Shown here: positions 1 to 14,147 of the stretch, in pieces
How the letters are laid out: the number at the start of each line of letters is the position of its first letter
Position numbering within the stretch: the first letter of the stretch is position 1
Source of the DNA: Octopus sinensis
Lineage: Eukaryota
Assembly: GCF_006345805.1 (NCBI RefSeq)
Contig: NC_043003.1
Coordinates: 38,502,001-38,566,000, forward strand
Direction: 5' to 3'
Length of the DNA: 64,000 bases
Notes under the pieces: generated by a model
What the model was told of the DNA's origin: nothing
The model's database searches: none
The model's input: only the letters and a program-made list of their open reading frames with translations
Made by a program: the position numbers and the translations under genes

Positions 1-741
1 TATTTTGATTTTGAACAAACAACTACACACTTAAACCAGATAATCAGATAGCACCCAGCTATCACTGTCATTCTTGTATCATGAGGTGACATGGCACAAG
101 TAGAACAATGCTAGAACATAGCCAAGAGATACTTCATGTGGTGTCTATTACCAGCTGTCTGTTCAACCAAGACTGACAAGACTAGCATAGCAGTAATGTT
201 CCTACTTTATCAAAACCATCTTTAAAAAAAATAGAAGAGGAAGGATATATTTGGTAATATAATCCAGGCAAGCTGGCAGAATCATTAGCATGCAGGGTAA
301 AATCTTAGCAGCATTTCATCCGCTTTTATGCTCTGAGTTCAAGTTCTGCCGAGGTCGACTTTGCTTTTCATCCTTTCAGGGTTGATAAAAATGAATATCA
401 ATTGAGTACTGGGGTTGATATAAACGACTTCCTCATCCTTTGAAATTGCTGGCCTTGTACAAAATTTGAAACCAATATAATCCTGGATATAAAAAAGACC
501 TGGATTGTCAAGTTTGGAATGTCTTTAGCCACAGAATTACTCAATCAGGAATTATTTCAGATTCAGACAAGTGTAGAAGCAAAGTATATCAAACATATGA
601 AACATTTAGCTATGAGGAAATAACTGTTAAACAACACACAATTATAACAGACACTATATACTTCTAACAGAGTTTATATTAACCAGAAAAGTGGGCAATA
701 AAATGATGATGATCATCCTCATCATTATAAATCAAAATATA

Positions 742-1437
742 GGCATAAGCGTGGCCATGGGGTAAGAAGCTTGCTTTCCAGCCACATTGCGTGGCGTTCG
801 ATTTCACTATGTGACATTTTGAGCAAATGTCTTCTTCTATAGTCTCAGGTCAACCAAAGCCTTGTCAGTGGATTTGGCAGATGGAAACATTTAACGTGTG
901 TTGTCCATGCTGTCATGGGTTGGACAGTGTGACCAGAGCTGGCAAGCTGCACCAGACTCCAGTCTGATTTGGCATGGTTTCTACAGCTGGATGCTCTTCC
1001 TAATGCCAAACACTTTAGAGTGTGCTGGGTGTTTACACATGGCACCACATGGGCACTTTTATGTAGCACTGCATGGATGCTTTTATGTGTCGCCACATGG
1101 GCACTTTTGCGTGTTGATGCACGGGCGCTTTTGTGTGTTGCTGCATGGGCGCTTTTGTGTTTTGCTGCATGGGTGCTTTTATGTGGCATGACCACGAATG
1201 CTTTACACCACCATATATATATATATGTGTCTGTTTGTTCCCCCTCCTCCACTGCTTGACAACTGGTGCTGGTGTTTACCTCTCCATAACTTAGCAGTTC
1301 AGCAAAAGACACTGATAGAATAAGTACCAAGCTTTAAAAAAATAAGCACTGGGGGTCAATACATTCGACTAAAAATTCAAGGTGCTGCCCAAGCATAGCC
1401 ACAGTCTAACGACTGAAACAAGTGAAAGATAAAAGAT
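742..1437 (+). mobile_element. SINE family B interrupted by an inverted RTE 3' UTR fragment (888-1205) containing 24-bp tandem repeats
   Basis: SINE head at 742-887 and tail at about 1225-1437. The nested insert contains (gcatgggcgcttttgtgtgttgct)n. Confidence 0.8.
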
Positions 1438-2404
1438 ATGAATGTGACTGATCCTCATCATTATGCTCATGGCCCTAGCTGTCAGACAAAAGTGATTCAG
1501 AGATCAACAACTTCTTGAATGTAATCAAGGTCCTTCATGTTCCCTTTAGTGAGGACATGCTGTTCAGATCAAGATAAAGAAGCATTTTCAGACATTGTGA
1601 AGATGAAAATCTTCACCCAATAAGTCCAGGATAGCATACGGGGACAAATAAAAGAAACAGAACTCAGTATATAAGAGTATATTATGTGTGCGTGTGTGTG
1701 CATGGCTGGATGGTTAAGGCGTTTTCTTCCCAACCACATGGTTTCTAGTTCAATCCCACAGTGCAACACCTTGGGCAAGTGTCATCCATTATAGCAATGG
1801 GATGACCAAAGCCTTGCGGGTGGATTCGGTAGACAGAAATTGAAGGAAGCCCATGATATATGAATGTGCATGTGTGCATGGCTGGATGGTTAAGGCATTT
1901 TCTTCCCAACCACATGGCTTCAAGTTCAATCCCACTGTGTAACACCTTGGGCAAGTGTCATCCATTATAGTACTGGGATGACCAAAGCCTTGTGGGTGGA
2001 TTTGGTAGACAGAAATTGAAGGAAGATATATGAATGTGAGTGTGTGTGTGTGTACCCTTGTCTAGACATTACATGATCGTTGTAAATGAGCACCAGTGTC
2101 ATGCAAGTAAGTCTGATAGTTCTTGTCTTCCACCAATAGATAAATAAATAACTAGCAATGGGAAAATATTACTTTGCTTGCAAACGGGTGAGGGATGGTG
2201 ACAGGAAGGGCATCCAGCTGTAGAAAATGTGATGCAACATATCCCATCTGATCCATGCAAACATTGAAAAAAAATGGACGTTAAATGATGACTGATAATG
2301 ATGATAACAAACACTGACATCATCTTCAGCTATGCCTTTCTCAGTCTTCTCCTTTCTCTACTTCCTTCTACATAAACTTGCACAATTTTTCTCACATGGA
2401 AATT

Positions 2405-2792
2405 GTAGCTGTGATGCCAGTGCCGATGGCACGTAAGAGAACCATCCGAACGTGGCCGTTGCCAGCGCCGCCCCAACTGGCCTCTGTGCCGGTGGCACGT
2501 AAAAAGCACCATCCGATCGTGGCCGTTTGCCAGCCTCGTCTGGCCCCCATGCCGGTGGCACGTAAAAAGCACCATCCGATCATGGCCGTTTGCCAGCCTC
2601 GTCTGGCACCTGTGCAGGTGGCACATAAAAAGCACCTACTACACTCACAGAGTGGTTGACGTTAGGAAGGGCATCCAGCTGTAGAAACACTGCCAGATCA
2701 GACTGGGCCTAGCACAGCCTTCTGGCTTCCCAGACCCCAGTTGAACCGTCCAACCCATGCTAGCATGGAAAATGGACGTTAAACGATGATGA
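2405..2792 (+). mobile_element. RTE LINE 3' UTR fragment (tandem units and GAT tail)
   Basis: ggcacgtaaaaagcaccatccgatcgtggccg units followed by the shared 3' end; closely similar to 7610-7935. Confidence 0.85.
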
Positions 2793-3977
2793 TTAATCAC
2801 TCTCATTCATCTTTAATCCAGGACCTAGTCATCCCATCCCATTTTCCACTCACAACATCCAAAACCAGTGCTATTCTTGTCGTTCTTTTCAATCCGTTGT
2901 TTGTCTTCCAATCATTCACCAATATTCTTGCTCATCCAACAAATACTTTACATTTCTATTCTTTCCAACTTGCTCTGTTGATCGACATTACGAAGGTCTC
3001 ACTCCCTTAAATCATAGCATTCCTTACGTATAAGAATACACATTTCTCCTTTCAGTTTCTGAAACCACTTCCTTCCTTGTTAGTTTACCATTCAGTCATT
3101 CTGCTACTGGAATGTCTTCCATGCACATCTCACTCCAGCCACTGTCAGATACATCATGGTCATTCAATGTGTTTCCTAAATGACAAAATATTTTCAACTT
3201 TCCATCTTCAAGCCAGTCCTATGATTCAGCTCAACATTTCTCTCACACACAAACACAATTAGGTTGTTGCAGAAGTAAATGTGTTGTTTTTGTCTCTTAA
3301 AACTTTGATGCTTATTTTTGGGGAGAGGGAGAGAGAGAGAGAGAGAGAGAGGCATGTGTGTGTGAGCATGCATGCTCTCAAACCCATGCCAACATGGGGA
3401 AAGTAGACACAAGATAATGATGAGGATATGAGTATGGGTGTGCATGCACATGTGAATGTTTATGTAGAGTTTCAGTGTGTGTATTTATATTCTATACCTT
3501 TGCACACAACAGTGATATTAGCTCTATGATCTTGAAGACAATTGGCATGCATAAACCACCTTGGCTGAAAAATAGGCAAGGGTTTGCAAACAGGAAGGGT
3601 AGAATTATGCATCAACAGTAAATCTCCAACCAATCCATGCTAGCATAGCAAACAGGATTTAAAAGAATGAAAGAATGCATAACATATGCTCAGAGAAATA
3701 TATGACTGTGTGGTTAAAAAGCAACGACATGATTAGGGTTCAATCCAGCAGCATGGTACATTGGACATGTCTTTTACACCAAAGCCTTGAAAAACCAAAG
3801 CTTTGTGATTGAAATAGGTAGCCAGAAATTGTGTGTAAGACCTTTCAAGGGATCATTCTTATTTTTGGGTGGTAAACATAATCACTTGCCTGTTTTAATC
3901 CTGACCCCTGTCACTTACATGCATTTAGTGGGACAATATATCATAAGCACAGCCATGATTTTGCTCATGGTGGCTTG

Positions 3978-5350
3978 CAATTACAATGGATCCATGATTT
4001 ATCAAACTACAAAGGACCTGTATATTTTTTATGTAGTAACAACGGACCTGTCATTTCTGATTTAATTACAAATGGACCTATCATTTCTTATCTAATTACA
4101 AATGGACCTATCATTTCTTATCTAATTACAAATGGACCTATCATTTCGTACCTAATTACAAATGTACCTATCATTTCGTACCTAATTACAAATGGACCTA
4201 TCATTTCTTATCTAATTACAATTGGACCTATCATTTCTTATCTAATTACAAATGGACCTATCATTTCTTATCTAATTACAAATGGACCTATCATTTCTTA
4301 TCTAATTACAAATGGACCTATCATTTCTTATCTAATTACAAAGGACCTATCATTTCTTATCTAATTACAAATGGACCTATCATTCTTATCTAATTACAAA
4401 TGGACCTATCATTTCTTATCTAATTACAAATGGACCTATCATTTCTTACCTAATTACAAATGGACCTATCATTTCTTATCTAATTACAAATGGATCCATC
4501 ATTTCTTATCTAATTACAAATGGACCTATCATTTCTTATCTAATTACAAATGGATCCATCATTTCTTATCTAATTACAAATGGATCCATCATTTCTTATC
4601 TAATTACAAATGGACCTATCATTTCTTACCTAATTACAAATGGACCTATCATTTCTTACCTAATTACAAATGGACCTATCATTTCTTATCTAATTACAAA
4701 TGGACCTATCATTTCTTACCTAATTACAAATGGACCTATCATTTCTTATCTAATTACAAATGGACCTATCATTTCTTACCTAATTACAAATGGACCTATC
4801 ATTTCTTATCTAATTACAAATGGACCTATCATTTCTTACCTAATTACAAATGAACCTATCATTTCTTATCTAATTACAAATGGACCTATCATTTCTTATC
4901 TAATTACAAATGGACCTATCATTTCTTATCTAATTACAAATGGACCTATCATTTCTTACCTAATTACAAATGGACCTATCATTTCTTACCTAATTACAAA
5001 TGGACCTATCATTTCTTATCTAATTACAAATGGACCTATCATTTCTTATCTAATTACAAATGGACCTATCATTTCTTATCTAATTACAAATGGACCTATC
5101 ATTTCTTATCTAATTACAAATGGACCTAGCATTTATTATCTAATTACAAATGGACCTATCATTTCTTATCTAATTACAAATGGACCTATCATTTCTTATC
5201 TAATTACAAATGGACCTATCATTTCTTATCTAATTACAAATGGACCTATCATTTCTTATCTAATTACAAATGGACCTATCATTTCTTATCTAATTACAAA
5301 TGGACCTATCATTTCTTATCTAATTACAAATGGATCCATCATTTATAACT
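3978..5350. repeat. 30-bp minisatellite (ACAAATGGACCTATCATTTCTTATCTAATT)n, about 43 copies plus degenerate edges
   Basis: Direct tandem repeat with no spacers. Variant units (ttacCtaatt, ggaTCcatc) recur along the array. Confidence 0.97.
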
Positions 5351-6040
5351 TATGAAAATCAAAAAAAATAAAATATGTTAAACAGAAATTGCACATGCTT
5401 GGAGTTACATAGGGGCCCCATCTAAAACTGTCAACTTTTTTTTGCTACATACATGTGAATATGTACATGTGTACAAGAACATGTAAGAAACATCATCAGC
5501 AACAGTTGGAATATCAGACTGTACAATGCTCTTATTTTCCTAACTGCAACCAATGAAAATATAGACCTTAACATCTGAAGATATGTAAACTAAGTTTTGA
5601 AGTGTGACATTTACATTGTATACCAAGGAAGATGGTGGAAATACTTCCGCAAAGTAAAGCATTTTAGATATCATAAACCAATACCAAAATAATAAGGAAG
5701 AGATTGAAATAGTTTAACCAAGTAATAAGTAGTTCACTCAATCTCTAAATACAATTTCTAAGTGCAAGCAATGAAAAAGTTGAGGCTAAATGATGACGAT
5801 GATGCTGTTCTGTTAAGATTCACCAATCCCCAAACCTTAATGGATCCCTTAAGAGGTAGACCTCTCATATGTGAACACACAATGTTACTGCTTGCAATAG
5901 AGAAAAGTACAGCACCTAATCAGAGAGAGCAGCATTGATTTAGCGAGCAGGAGAGAGTAAGGGAGCAACTAGGAGTCATCATTGTTTTAACATCCATTTT
6001 TCCATGCTTGCATGGGTCAACTGGTTTATATTGGCACAGA

Positions 6041-6268
6041 GGCGAGCTGGCAGAAACGTTAGCACACCGGGCGAAATGCTTTGCGGTATTTCGTCTGCCG
6101 CTACGTTCTGGGTTCAAATTCCGCTGAGGTCGACTTTGCCTTTCATCCTTTCGGGGTCGATTAAATAAGTACCATTTACGCACTGGGGTCGATGTAATCG
6201 ACTTACTCCGTTTGTCTGTCCTTGCTTGTCTCTTCTGTGTGTAGCCCCTTGTGGGTAGTAAAGAAATA
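6041..6268 (+). mobile_element. tRNA-derived SINE family A with 14-bp TSD
   Basis: ggcgagctggcagaaacgttagc...gttcaaattcc...gtcgactttgcctttcatcctttcggggtcga; TSD TATATTGGCACAGA. Other copies at about 265-475, 10217-10450, 36924-37135, 45700-46070, 47150-47390, 57657-57870 and 63640-63800. Confidence 0.9.
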
Positions 6269-6794
6269 TATATTGGCACAGAATACCTATAACCAGAAGC
6301 CCTTTCTGTTACCAAGCAAAGTAATATTTTCCCCCCATCGCCAGACATGTTCTCACAAAATATTGAAATGAATAACATTGCCTGTATGACAGTGACATGA
6401 TGTCAAGATAAGGACACACGAACACACACACAAGGAACTTCTTTCAATTTTCATTTATCAAATTCATACACAAGACTTTCATCAATCAAGCACTATAGCA
6501 GAATACACTTGCGCATGGTGTCATGCAGTGGGACTGTAACCAAAACCATGTGGTTGTGAAACAAACTTCTTACCCACAGTCACATGTGATCCATGTTTGT
6601 GTCATTTAATATATATATATATATATGTATATACACACAAGTTTCTCAACAGTGCTTTGTCCAATACTTGTTGCTGAGAAACTCAAGAGTTCTGAATCTA
6701 AGCATTCTATGCCTGTGTCATTAAATAAATTTAGTCCTCTATTTCAAATGCTACTGAGGTCTATTTCTTTTGTTGTTACATACGTGGTTTGTTG

Positions 6795-6825
<31 letters not shown>

Positions 6826-6892
6826 TACACACAATATATACATAATATGCATTTATGTATTGAGTTATATTTCAACTATTTGTTCCCATATA

Positions 6893-7400
6893 TGTAACTT
6901 TAGAAGCTACCTGTCCAGTGACTACACCACCAATCAGAGAGACAAGAATAGTATCAGTGCAGCCCATACTGCTTTTGGAAGACTCTCAAAATGAGTCTTC
7001 CTAAAGCACAACCTCACCATCCAAATGAAAATCATAGTATTCCAAGCCATTGTCCTTTCCACACTCTTTTACAGCTATGAAACATGGATGTTGTATTGAT
7101 GAGACTTGGACAAAAACGTTTCCAACAGCACAAACTTCACACAATCATAAGGATTCAATGGAAGGACTATACCATCAATGAGGAGGTTCTGCTCAGGACT
7201 GGACTGTCCAGCATTGAAGTTGCTGTAGCACAACACTGCCTACACTGGATGGAACATATCAAAAATGTATGCCTCAAACATGCCTTCCCCATCAACACCT
7301 CTTTGCAGTGTTGACCTCGAGCCCCAGGCTAAGCAGGGTCTCCAAATTCCGTTTTTGAGACCAGCTCAAGGCCACTCTCCTCCACTGACCCAAATACTTG
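6893..7400 (+). mobile_element. RTE-clade LINE ORF2 C-terminal fragment (decayed)
   Basis: SAAHTAFGRLSK*VF...IVLSTLLYSYETW...RFQQHKLHTIIRIQWKDYTINEEVL...LHWMEHI, typical post-RT motifs of RTE elements. Confidence 0.85.
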
Positions 7401-7609
7401 GGAGATAATGATGAAAGATTACCCAGCTCTCCCCTGCAATAAATACCCTAGCTCTTCTATGCTGCCTTTTGCCTGAACAGCCACCTCAGGCACCGGCACC
7501 CTTTGCACCCATCATGATGAAGAGGTTCAATCAATCACTCACTCTAGACCTACTACTCAGATATGAGTTAAGGATGCTATCACCAATTTTTATATATATG
7601 TATATATTG

Positions 7610-7935
7610 TAGTTGTGATACCAGTGCTGGTGGCACGTAAGCGAACCATCCGAACGTGGCCGTTGCCAGCGCCACCCCGACAGGCCTCCGTGCCGGTGGC
7701 ACGTAAAAATCATTATCCGATCGTGGCCGCTTGCCAGACCCGTCTGGCACCTGTGCCGGTGGCACGTAAAAAGCACCCACTACACTCACAGAGTGGTTGG
7801 CGTTAGGAAGGGCATCCAGCCGTAGAAACATTGCCAGATCGGACTGGGCCTGGTGCAGCCTTCTGGCCTCCCAGACCCCAGTTGAACCGTCCAACCCATG
7901 CTAGCATGGAAAGCGTATGCTAAATGATGATGATA
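7610..7935 (+). mobile_element. RTE LINE 3' UTR fragment
   Basis: Same family as 2405-2792. Confidence 0.85.
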
Positions 7936-9744
7936 TATACATATATATGTATGTATGTATACATACATACATGTATTCATAAACACATGCATGTTTAAGT
8001 ATGTGCGTGTGTATGCATAAACTAGATGTATCACCTTGTTACATAATATACATTCAGTATCCATCACAGCCTGTCCAGACAACAGCTCTCTGCTTCAATC
8101 CTATTTTCTCCTTCCTTGTCTTTTTTTATTCAATTACTTAATTACTATAATACAAGTAAATTTAGAGAAACAGCTGATTGGACAGTGACAGATTCCCTGA
8201 GTTGAAAGCATTTTGAAAATATTAATAGCTAATGCAAATCTCTTATCATATATAAAAGTAGCCGGAGAGAGACAGGGTGGGGGTAGAGAGAAAGATAGTT
8301 AAAGCCGACTTCCAGTTCAATATATTTCCTTTCATATATGTTACAAGTACTTTAGCAGAGACAAGAGGAACAAGGCTTCCTCTAGCTTCTTTACATGGAA
8401 TGTTTCACATCCCATGGTTATATGAATAGCCCTTCATCTCTGCCACCATGCACATGATGCTCTGACATCACAGCAAACTACCGGCCTACTCAACTGGCTA
8501 ACTTCAACTACACATTTTATGACATGGCAACTCACATCCAGAGAGGGAGAAAGGCTGTCTGTAGACTAAGCCTATAGCTTGTTCACACTTGCTTTTGCTA
8601 ATCATCATAATCAACATCAGTAATATGAGCATCATTTATACATCATCCTTATCAGCAGCATACATCACCGTCATCTAGACAATCATCTAACACTTATCAT
8701 CCACACAATGGTCACCTTCACATCATCATTATTGTCACCTACCATCATCATCACAATCATCTGCCATCATTGCAAATGTCATCAAAATTGCCATCACAAA
8801 TATCTATTATCATCATCATTGTCGTCATTTACCATCATTCTAATTGTCATCTATCATCAGTTATTGTCTACCATCATCTGTCATCATCCTCAACACCAAC
8901 ACAACATTCTTAAACAAAATACAAAACATCTACAGCAATGACACCACCACCTAGACAATGGTCTGAGATAAGATACCAGTTACAACAAACTGAATACATG
9001 CATTCATTTGTTAATGACTGAACTACAACAACTATTCCCATTACAACTATAATGCTTAATTAAGTAGACATTATGTGTGGTAATTGAATAATTTAATTTA
9101 GTTAACTAATTAACTAAGATGGCTAATTAGACCTCTTCACCTCTGTAACTATCACTGACGACACCACCACCACCTTCCATTACTACATCCTAACAACAAC
9201 AACAACGACAACTACCATATCCTCACAACCATCTCTAGCATCCTGATCACCAACCCTGCCATTCCATCTTCCCCATGACCACCACCACCATACCACAATG
9301 TCTGCTTTTATAGCCGCAACACCACCACCACTACTACTACTACAGCCTCTTTAGCAGCACTACATCCTAACAACTACCACATCCTTGCCGGTATCATTGA
9401 TACTACTTAAACCTACCACTGCCATCACTCCACCACCATCACCACCACCACCACGATCACATGACCATCATACACTAAATCACTATAAGATTATCAAAAC
9501 TGTCCCACCCACTCTAGCTATCCAAACCCAGAAGTAAAATTAGGTTTAATCCTCATAGTCAGTCTAGCAGATTAATTAGTACAGTGGTACGTATAATGAC
9601 TGACAACAGTAACAACAAGAACTAACACCAATAACAATAATAATTAATGGGGAGCGGGGGGGGGCACTGGATAGTGCCAGAAAGTGACAAATACAAAAAG
9701 AGATATATAGGTAACTGACCCTCTGCCAGCTATCCCCAACTTTA

Positions 9745-9781
<37 letters not shown>

Positions 9782-10216
9782 GTAGAGAAAGAGAGAGAGA
9801 GAAGGAAGAGAGAGAGCTGAGGTTTTTGGTCAGTTGGCAGCTCTCACTTGCAATATCTCTATAATATGGCATTAGGAAGTATGTTGCGCATGAGTGAGCT
9901 GATAAGTAGGTAGACAAAGACAATGACATATGACTGTGCTGGGAGGGATATGTTATATGAACAAGTCATACATAAGTGACAGGTACCTCATAAAGAGAGA
10001 CAGACAGTGAAAAACGTTTAGGGTACCTGACAATGTTAGACTACACAGTTGATAGAAATGAATGAAGTGCTACCATAGGGCAGATATATCCAAGCTGTAC
10101 CAACACAGAAAATTAATTATCCACACACTAAAAGACTGAATTAGAGACCATATGACATCAAACTGACCCATCAGATAATGGGAAAATCCACACATCTTTG
10201 CAGGAGTTAGCAAAAA

Positions 10217-10450
10217 GGCGGCGAGCTGGCAGAAACGTTAGCACGCGGGGCGAAATGCGTTGCCGTATTTCGTCTGTCGTTACGTTCGAAGTTCAAATTC
10301 CGCCAAGGTCGACTTTGCCTTTTATCCTTTCGGGGGTCGATAAATTAAGTACCAGTTACGCACTGGGGTCGATGTAATCGACTTAATCCCTTTGTCTGTC
10401 CTTGTTTGTCCCCTCTGTGTTTAGCCCTTTGTGGGTAGTAAAGAACTATA
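10217..10450 (+). mobile_element. tRNA-derived SINE family A
   Basis: Near-identical to 6041-6268. Confidence 0.9.
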
Positions 10451-10472
10451 TATGTGTAACTGTCTTTTTTAT

Positions 10473-10693
10473 CCCTTTAGCATTCAGATTTCTTCGTCAA
10501 ATATAATGCTTATTTATTCAGATTGTTTTGAATTAATCATGCATTATTTTGTAGCTTCAAGATTTCAATAGTGGGTTTTTTATATTTTTAGAATGACATT
10601 GTAGGGTAGATGTGAGAGGTTGGATCTGGTCAGTTTTAATGTAAAACAGCAAGAATACTTGGGTTAGGTATGGCCGGATTAAATGCTAAAGTG
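10473..10693 (+). mobile_element. piggyBac-derived MITE (about 210 bp)
   Basis: CCCTTTAGCATT...AATGCTAAAGTG|TTAA terminal inverted repeats; same family as four other copies in the window. Confidence 0.85.
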
Positions 10694-12828
10694 TTAATAC
10701 ATACAAATATATATAAATCTACCTTTTATCTTTTACTTGTTTCAGTCATTGGACTGCACCCATCCTGGGGTACCACCTTGAAGGATTTTAGTTGAACAAA
10801 TTGACTCCAGTACTTATTTTATTGTACATCTAGTACTTATTCTGTCGGTCTCTTTTGCCAAACAGCTAAGTCACAGGGATGTAAATAAACCAGCATGAGT
10901 TCTCAGGAAGTGAGAACATTAACAAAATGGCACAAACAAAACAAGCAAAATGACACACAAACATACAAGCTTCTTTTAGTTTCCTTACTAAATCCACTCA
11001 CAAGGCTTTGATCAGCCTGGGTTTATGACACAAGACACCTAAGGTACCACACAGTGGAGCTGAATCCAAAACCATGAGGTTCAGAAGCAAACTTACTACA
11101 GAGCTATGCCTGCATCTTATAAATAAGTTACATAACCATTGACAAATGCATCATCTCAGTGATGTTACAATGCTCCTTGCAAAAGAGCAACAGCTGTATT
11201 CTGTATTCAGTAAATAAAGTTAATGTCACAGAGTAAGTAATGACTGCTGAATGCCAGTAGTCAATTAGCTAGCATTCGCTAAATGAAGGGCCAATATATT
11301 TAGGGCACACAACAGATGGTGTTTGATGGAGACATTTGACAACCTTTCACTTGCAATCTCTTTCAAGTTCTGGCAGAACATTTTAAAAACTACGCTGTTT
11401 TTATCCTGACTGTAGTTAAAAGAAACATGGCACAAAAAGAACCGAAAGACATTTTCTGCTGGCAATGCAATAGAACTGATAATTAACAAGCATTAGCAGC
11501 AGGAGTCCATTGAAGTTAAATAATTATCGTTTATGCATTTCTGATTTGGAAACAAATATATCACATTTCATACAACCTGTTCATATAAAACTTCCCTGTG
11601 TGAGTGTACTCACCTTCTTTACAACTCTTATTAGATACTTGAGTGAGTACACACAATCTCTCACAGCTCATATATATCATCATTTAACATCTGGATGTTA
11701 AACAGCAATCACACACACACACACACACACACACACATGCTTACACAACATGACCCACATGAGAATGAATTCTCTTAGAATATATAAACTCTTACACACA
11801 TTTTACAACACAATACTGCACAATGGACCTGAACCTGAAGCCACGGGAGAACCAAAGATCTTAAACATGCAGCCACCATTGTCATCGTCATCATTTTCAT
11901 GCCAGCATGAGTTGGTCAGGTCTTCTCCAACACAGTATCCTTCCACCTGTTGCATTCCTTTCTCAACTCTTTTGTGAAGTTCAGTTTCCTGCGATTAGCC
12001 TTCAATGCCTCTGCTCCTTTCTTCCTTGGTCTTGCACCTCGTACTTCACCCATCTGGCTTTTTACCATACTCGTTACATGTTCATACCAGTGCAGCTGTC
12101 ACTCTTGCCTACCACAGCTTACCCTCTCATACCAACATTTTCCCTCAGCTCATCAACGCTTCATCATTCATGCACACTAAAATTATACATCCAGCAGATC
12201 ATGATCACCGCATTCCTTTCCGGCCTTCATACATACTTTTCATTCAGAGCCCATGTGTCAATATCATGTAGCATTACAGCTCTCTCTCTCCCCCCACTCT
12301 CTCTCTCACACGCACACACATTCTTTGGTGAGGGTCAAGCAAATAGAAAAAAAAATGTCCTCATTTCTGTCACAGAATTTTTTTTTTCTTTTTGGTTAGC
12401 GCTGTATTGGGTTTAAATTCTAATCAACCTTGCTTCAGCAAACCTATCTCATGTAGGTAGCTAGTTAAACACCTCCATGAGTCTTACATGGATAATATCA
12501 TCATCATTGTTTAATGCCCTTCTTCCATGCTGGTATGGGTAGATTTTTAATAAGTACATAGTCAAGTTAAGCAATGAAACTTTGCTTTAAGTCGGTAGAG
12601 CAAGTCATGAAAGTGGTAGAGAGAAATAATTTATAGGGTTTGTATCTGCATGTGCATGCCACAGATGGTATTCTCATAATAACTCAAGAGAAATTCCTAA
12701 CCTAAAAACAGACAGATGCTAAGGTGTATTAACTGCATGCATAACTTATCTTCTGTAGAGGTAAAATACTTTACAATAGCTAAACGACAGATGAGAAAGA
12801 CAAACAAAAAAATAAATCAAGGACTTAC

Positions 12829-13051
12829 TCCATATTAGCGTATAAAAATGAGCCAATGGTAACAAGGTAAGACTATATAAGGCTGAGAGGTGTAAAACCG
12901 TCATCAATATTACATTCCGCCACACTATTTTCATAGGGGGTCTCTTTTGAGTATGGGTTTCTTCTGTAATTACTGGTTCAATATTGAGTTCTCCGGGATG
13001 AAGTTCATCTTCTGCAGGAGGTATCTCCGTAACAAGGTTTCTTGGTGACAT
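12829..13051 (-). CDS. SCD: First coding exon of an acyl-CoA delta-9 (stearoyl-CoA) desaturase
   Basis: Translates MSPRNLVTEIPPAEDELHPG...KRPPMKIVWRNVILMTVLHLSALYSLTLLPLAHFYTLIW, containing the hallmark SCD 'IVWRNVIL..LH..ALY' first transmembrane region. Ends at TGG A|GTAAGT (phase-1 donor, GT at 12828-12827); from recall, vertebrate SCD has an intron at a comparable position. Upstream acceptor ttcttctcttgtaattccAG puts the exon start at 13071. Confidence 0.92.
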
Positions 13052-14112
13052 TCTCTGATAGGAACTTGAAGCTGGAATTACAAGAGAAGAATAGGATAAA
13101 TATCACTACAGCCTTATGGAGGTACCAAAAACAAAAAAAAAAAAGATTCTCCCCCAAAGGTTTTACTTCTAACCTATTTTGGTTACTTTCTTTGCCAATG
13201 TTTTCTTATCAAACTATTTTCAAAAGTCCAAACCAAACAAGTTCACTCAGAACCTGAAAAAACTACAGGCATGTCTTTATCTCCTATAACTACATTTATA
13301 TATATATAAGGATAGAGAGATGCTTATAATGCACATGCATACACCTTGATTTCTATTACAATCGCAAGTTACTGAGATCTTGGGAGTGGATTTGGTATAT
13401 GGAAACTGAGAGCCCATCATATATATCATCATCATTTAATGTCCGTTGGAAGGTTTGACAGGAGCTGACCAGCTGAAGGACTGTTCAGGCTCCATGATGC
13501 CCTCCCTAACACCAGCCATTTTACAGAGTGTACTGGGTGCTTTTACGCAGCACTGGCATGGGTGCTTTTTACATGGCACCAGCACCAACAAGCATATATA
13601 TATATATATCATCATCATCGTTTAATGCATGCAGGGCAGCATGGTTAACAGGAGCCAGCCAGGTAGAAAATCTACCCAAGGCTATTGTGTCTGTTTTGGC
13701 AAGGATTCTACGGATGGATACCCCTTCCTAACACCAATTACTCTGCAGAGTGGACTCAGTACTTTTTATGTGGCACTAGCACAAGCGAAGTTAATTTTTG
13801 CAAGGATTTTTTATACAGCTGGATGCCCTTCCAGACGCCAACCATGTTACAGTGTGGGCTGGATACTTTTAATGTGGCACCAGCACTAGCAGGGTAACCA
13901 AGTAACTCACAAGACAAGGAATTATGAGAGGGGCAGGGCATTTATATCAGAGGATGAAAGTCAGTGACAAAGAGACAGAGAGACAGAAGCTGGTGTCTTG
14001 CCACAACAAGGGGCATTAGAGATGATGATCCAGTATCAAATGATGAAAGGTGTAACAGAAATAGAAGCAGAAATAGATGTCTTGTTATAGAGGAGGGACA
14101 TGGTTACCCAGT

Positions 14113-14147
<35 letters not shown>

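Noticed and set aside
3978-5350. CRISPR array or repeat-protein gene (ORFs 3975-4364 and 4371-4853)
   Set aside because: Units are contiguous with no unique spacers, there are no cas genes, and the context is eukaryotic. The ORFs are translations of the repeat and are broken by indels.
11265-11489. Non-repetitive minus-strand ORF as a possible SCD exon
   Set aside because: The translation has no desaturase motifs.
1-12828. Downstream SCD exons (HRLWSH, HRxHH histidine boxes)
   Set aside because: Not recognised by eye or in the ORF track. They probably lie beyond the window start, but short exons could have been missed; tBLASTn would settle it.
12746-12828. C-terminal part of the 101-aa ORF (KSLIYFFVCLSH...)
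   Set aside because: It is read-through into the intron past the GTAAGT donor.
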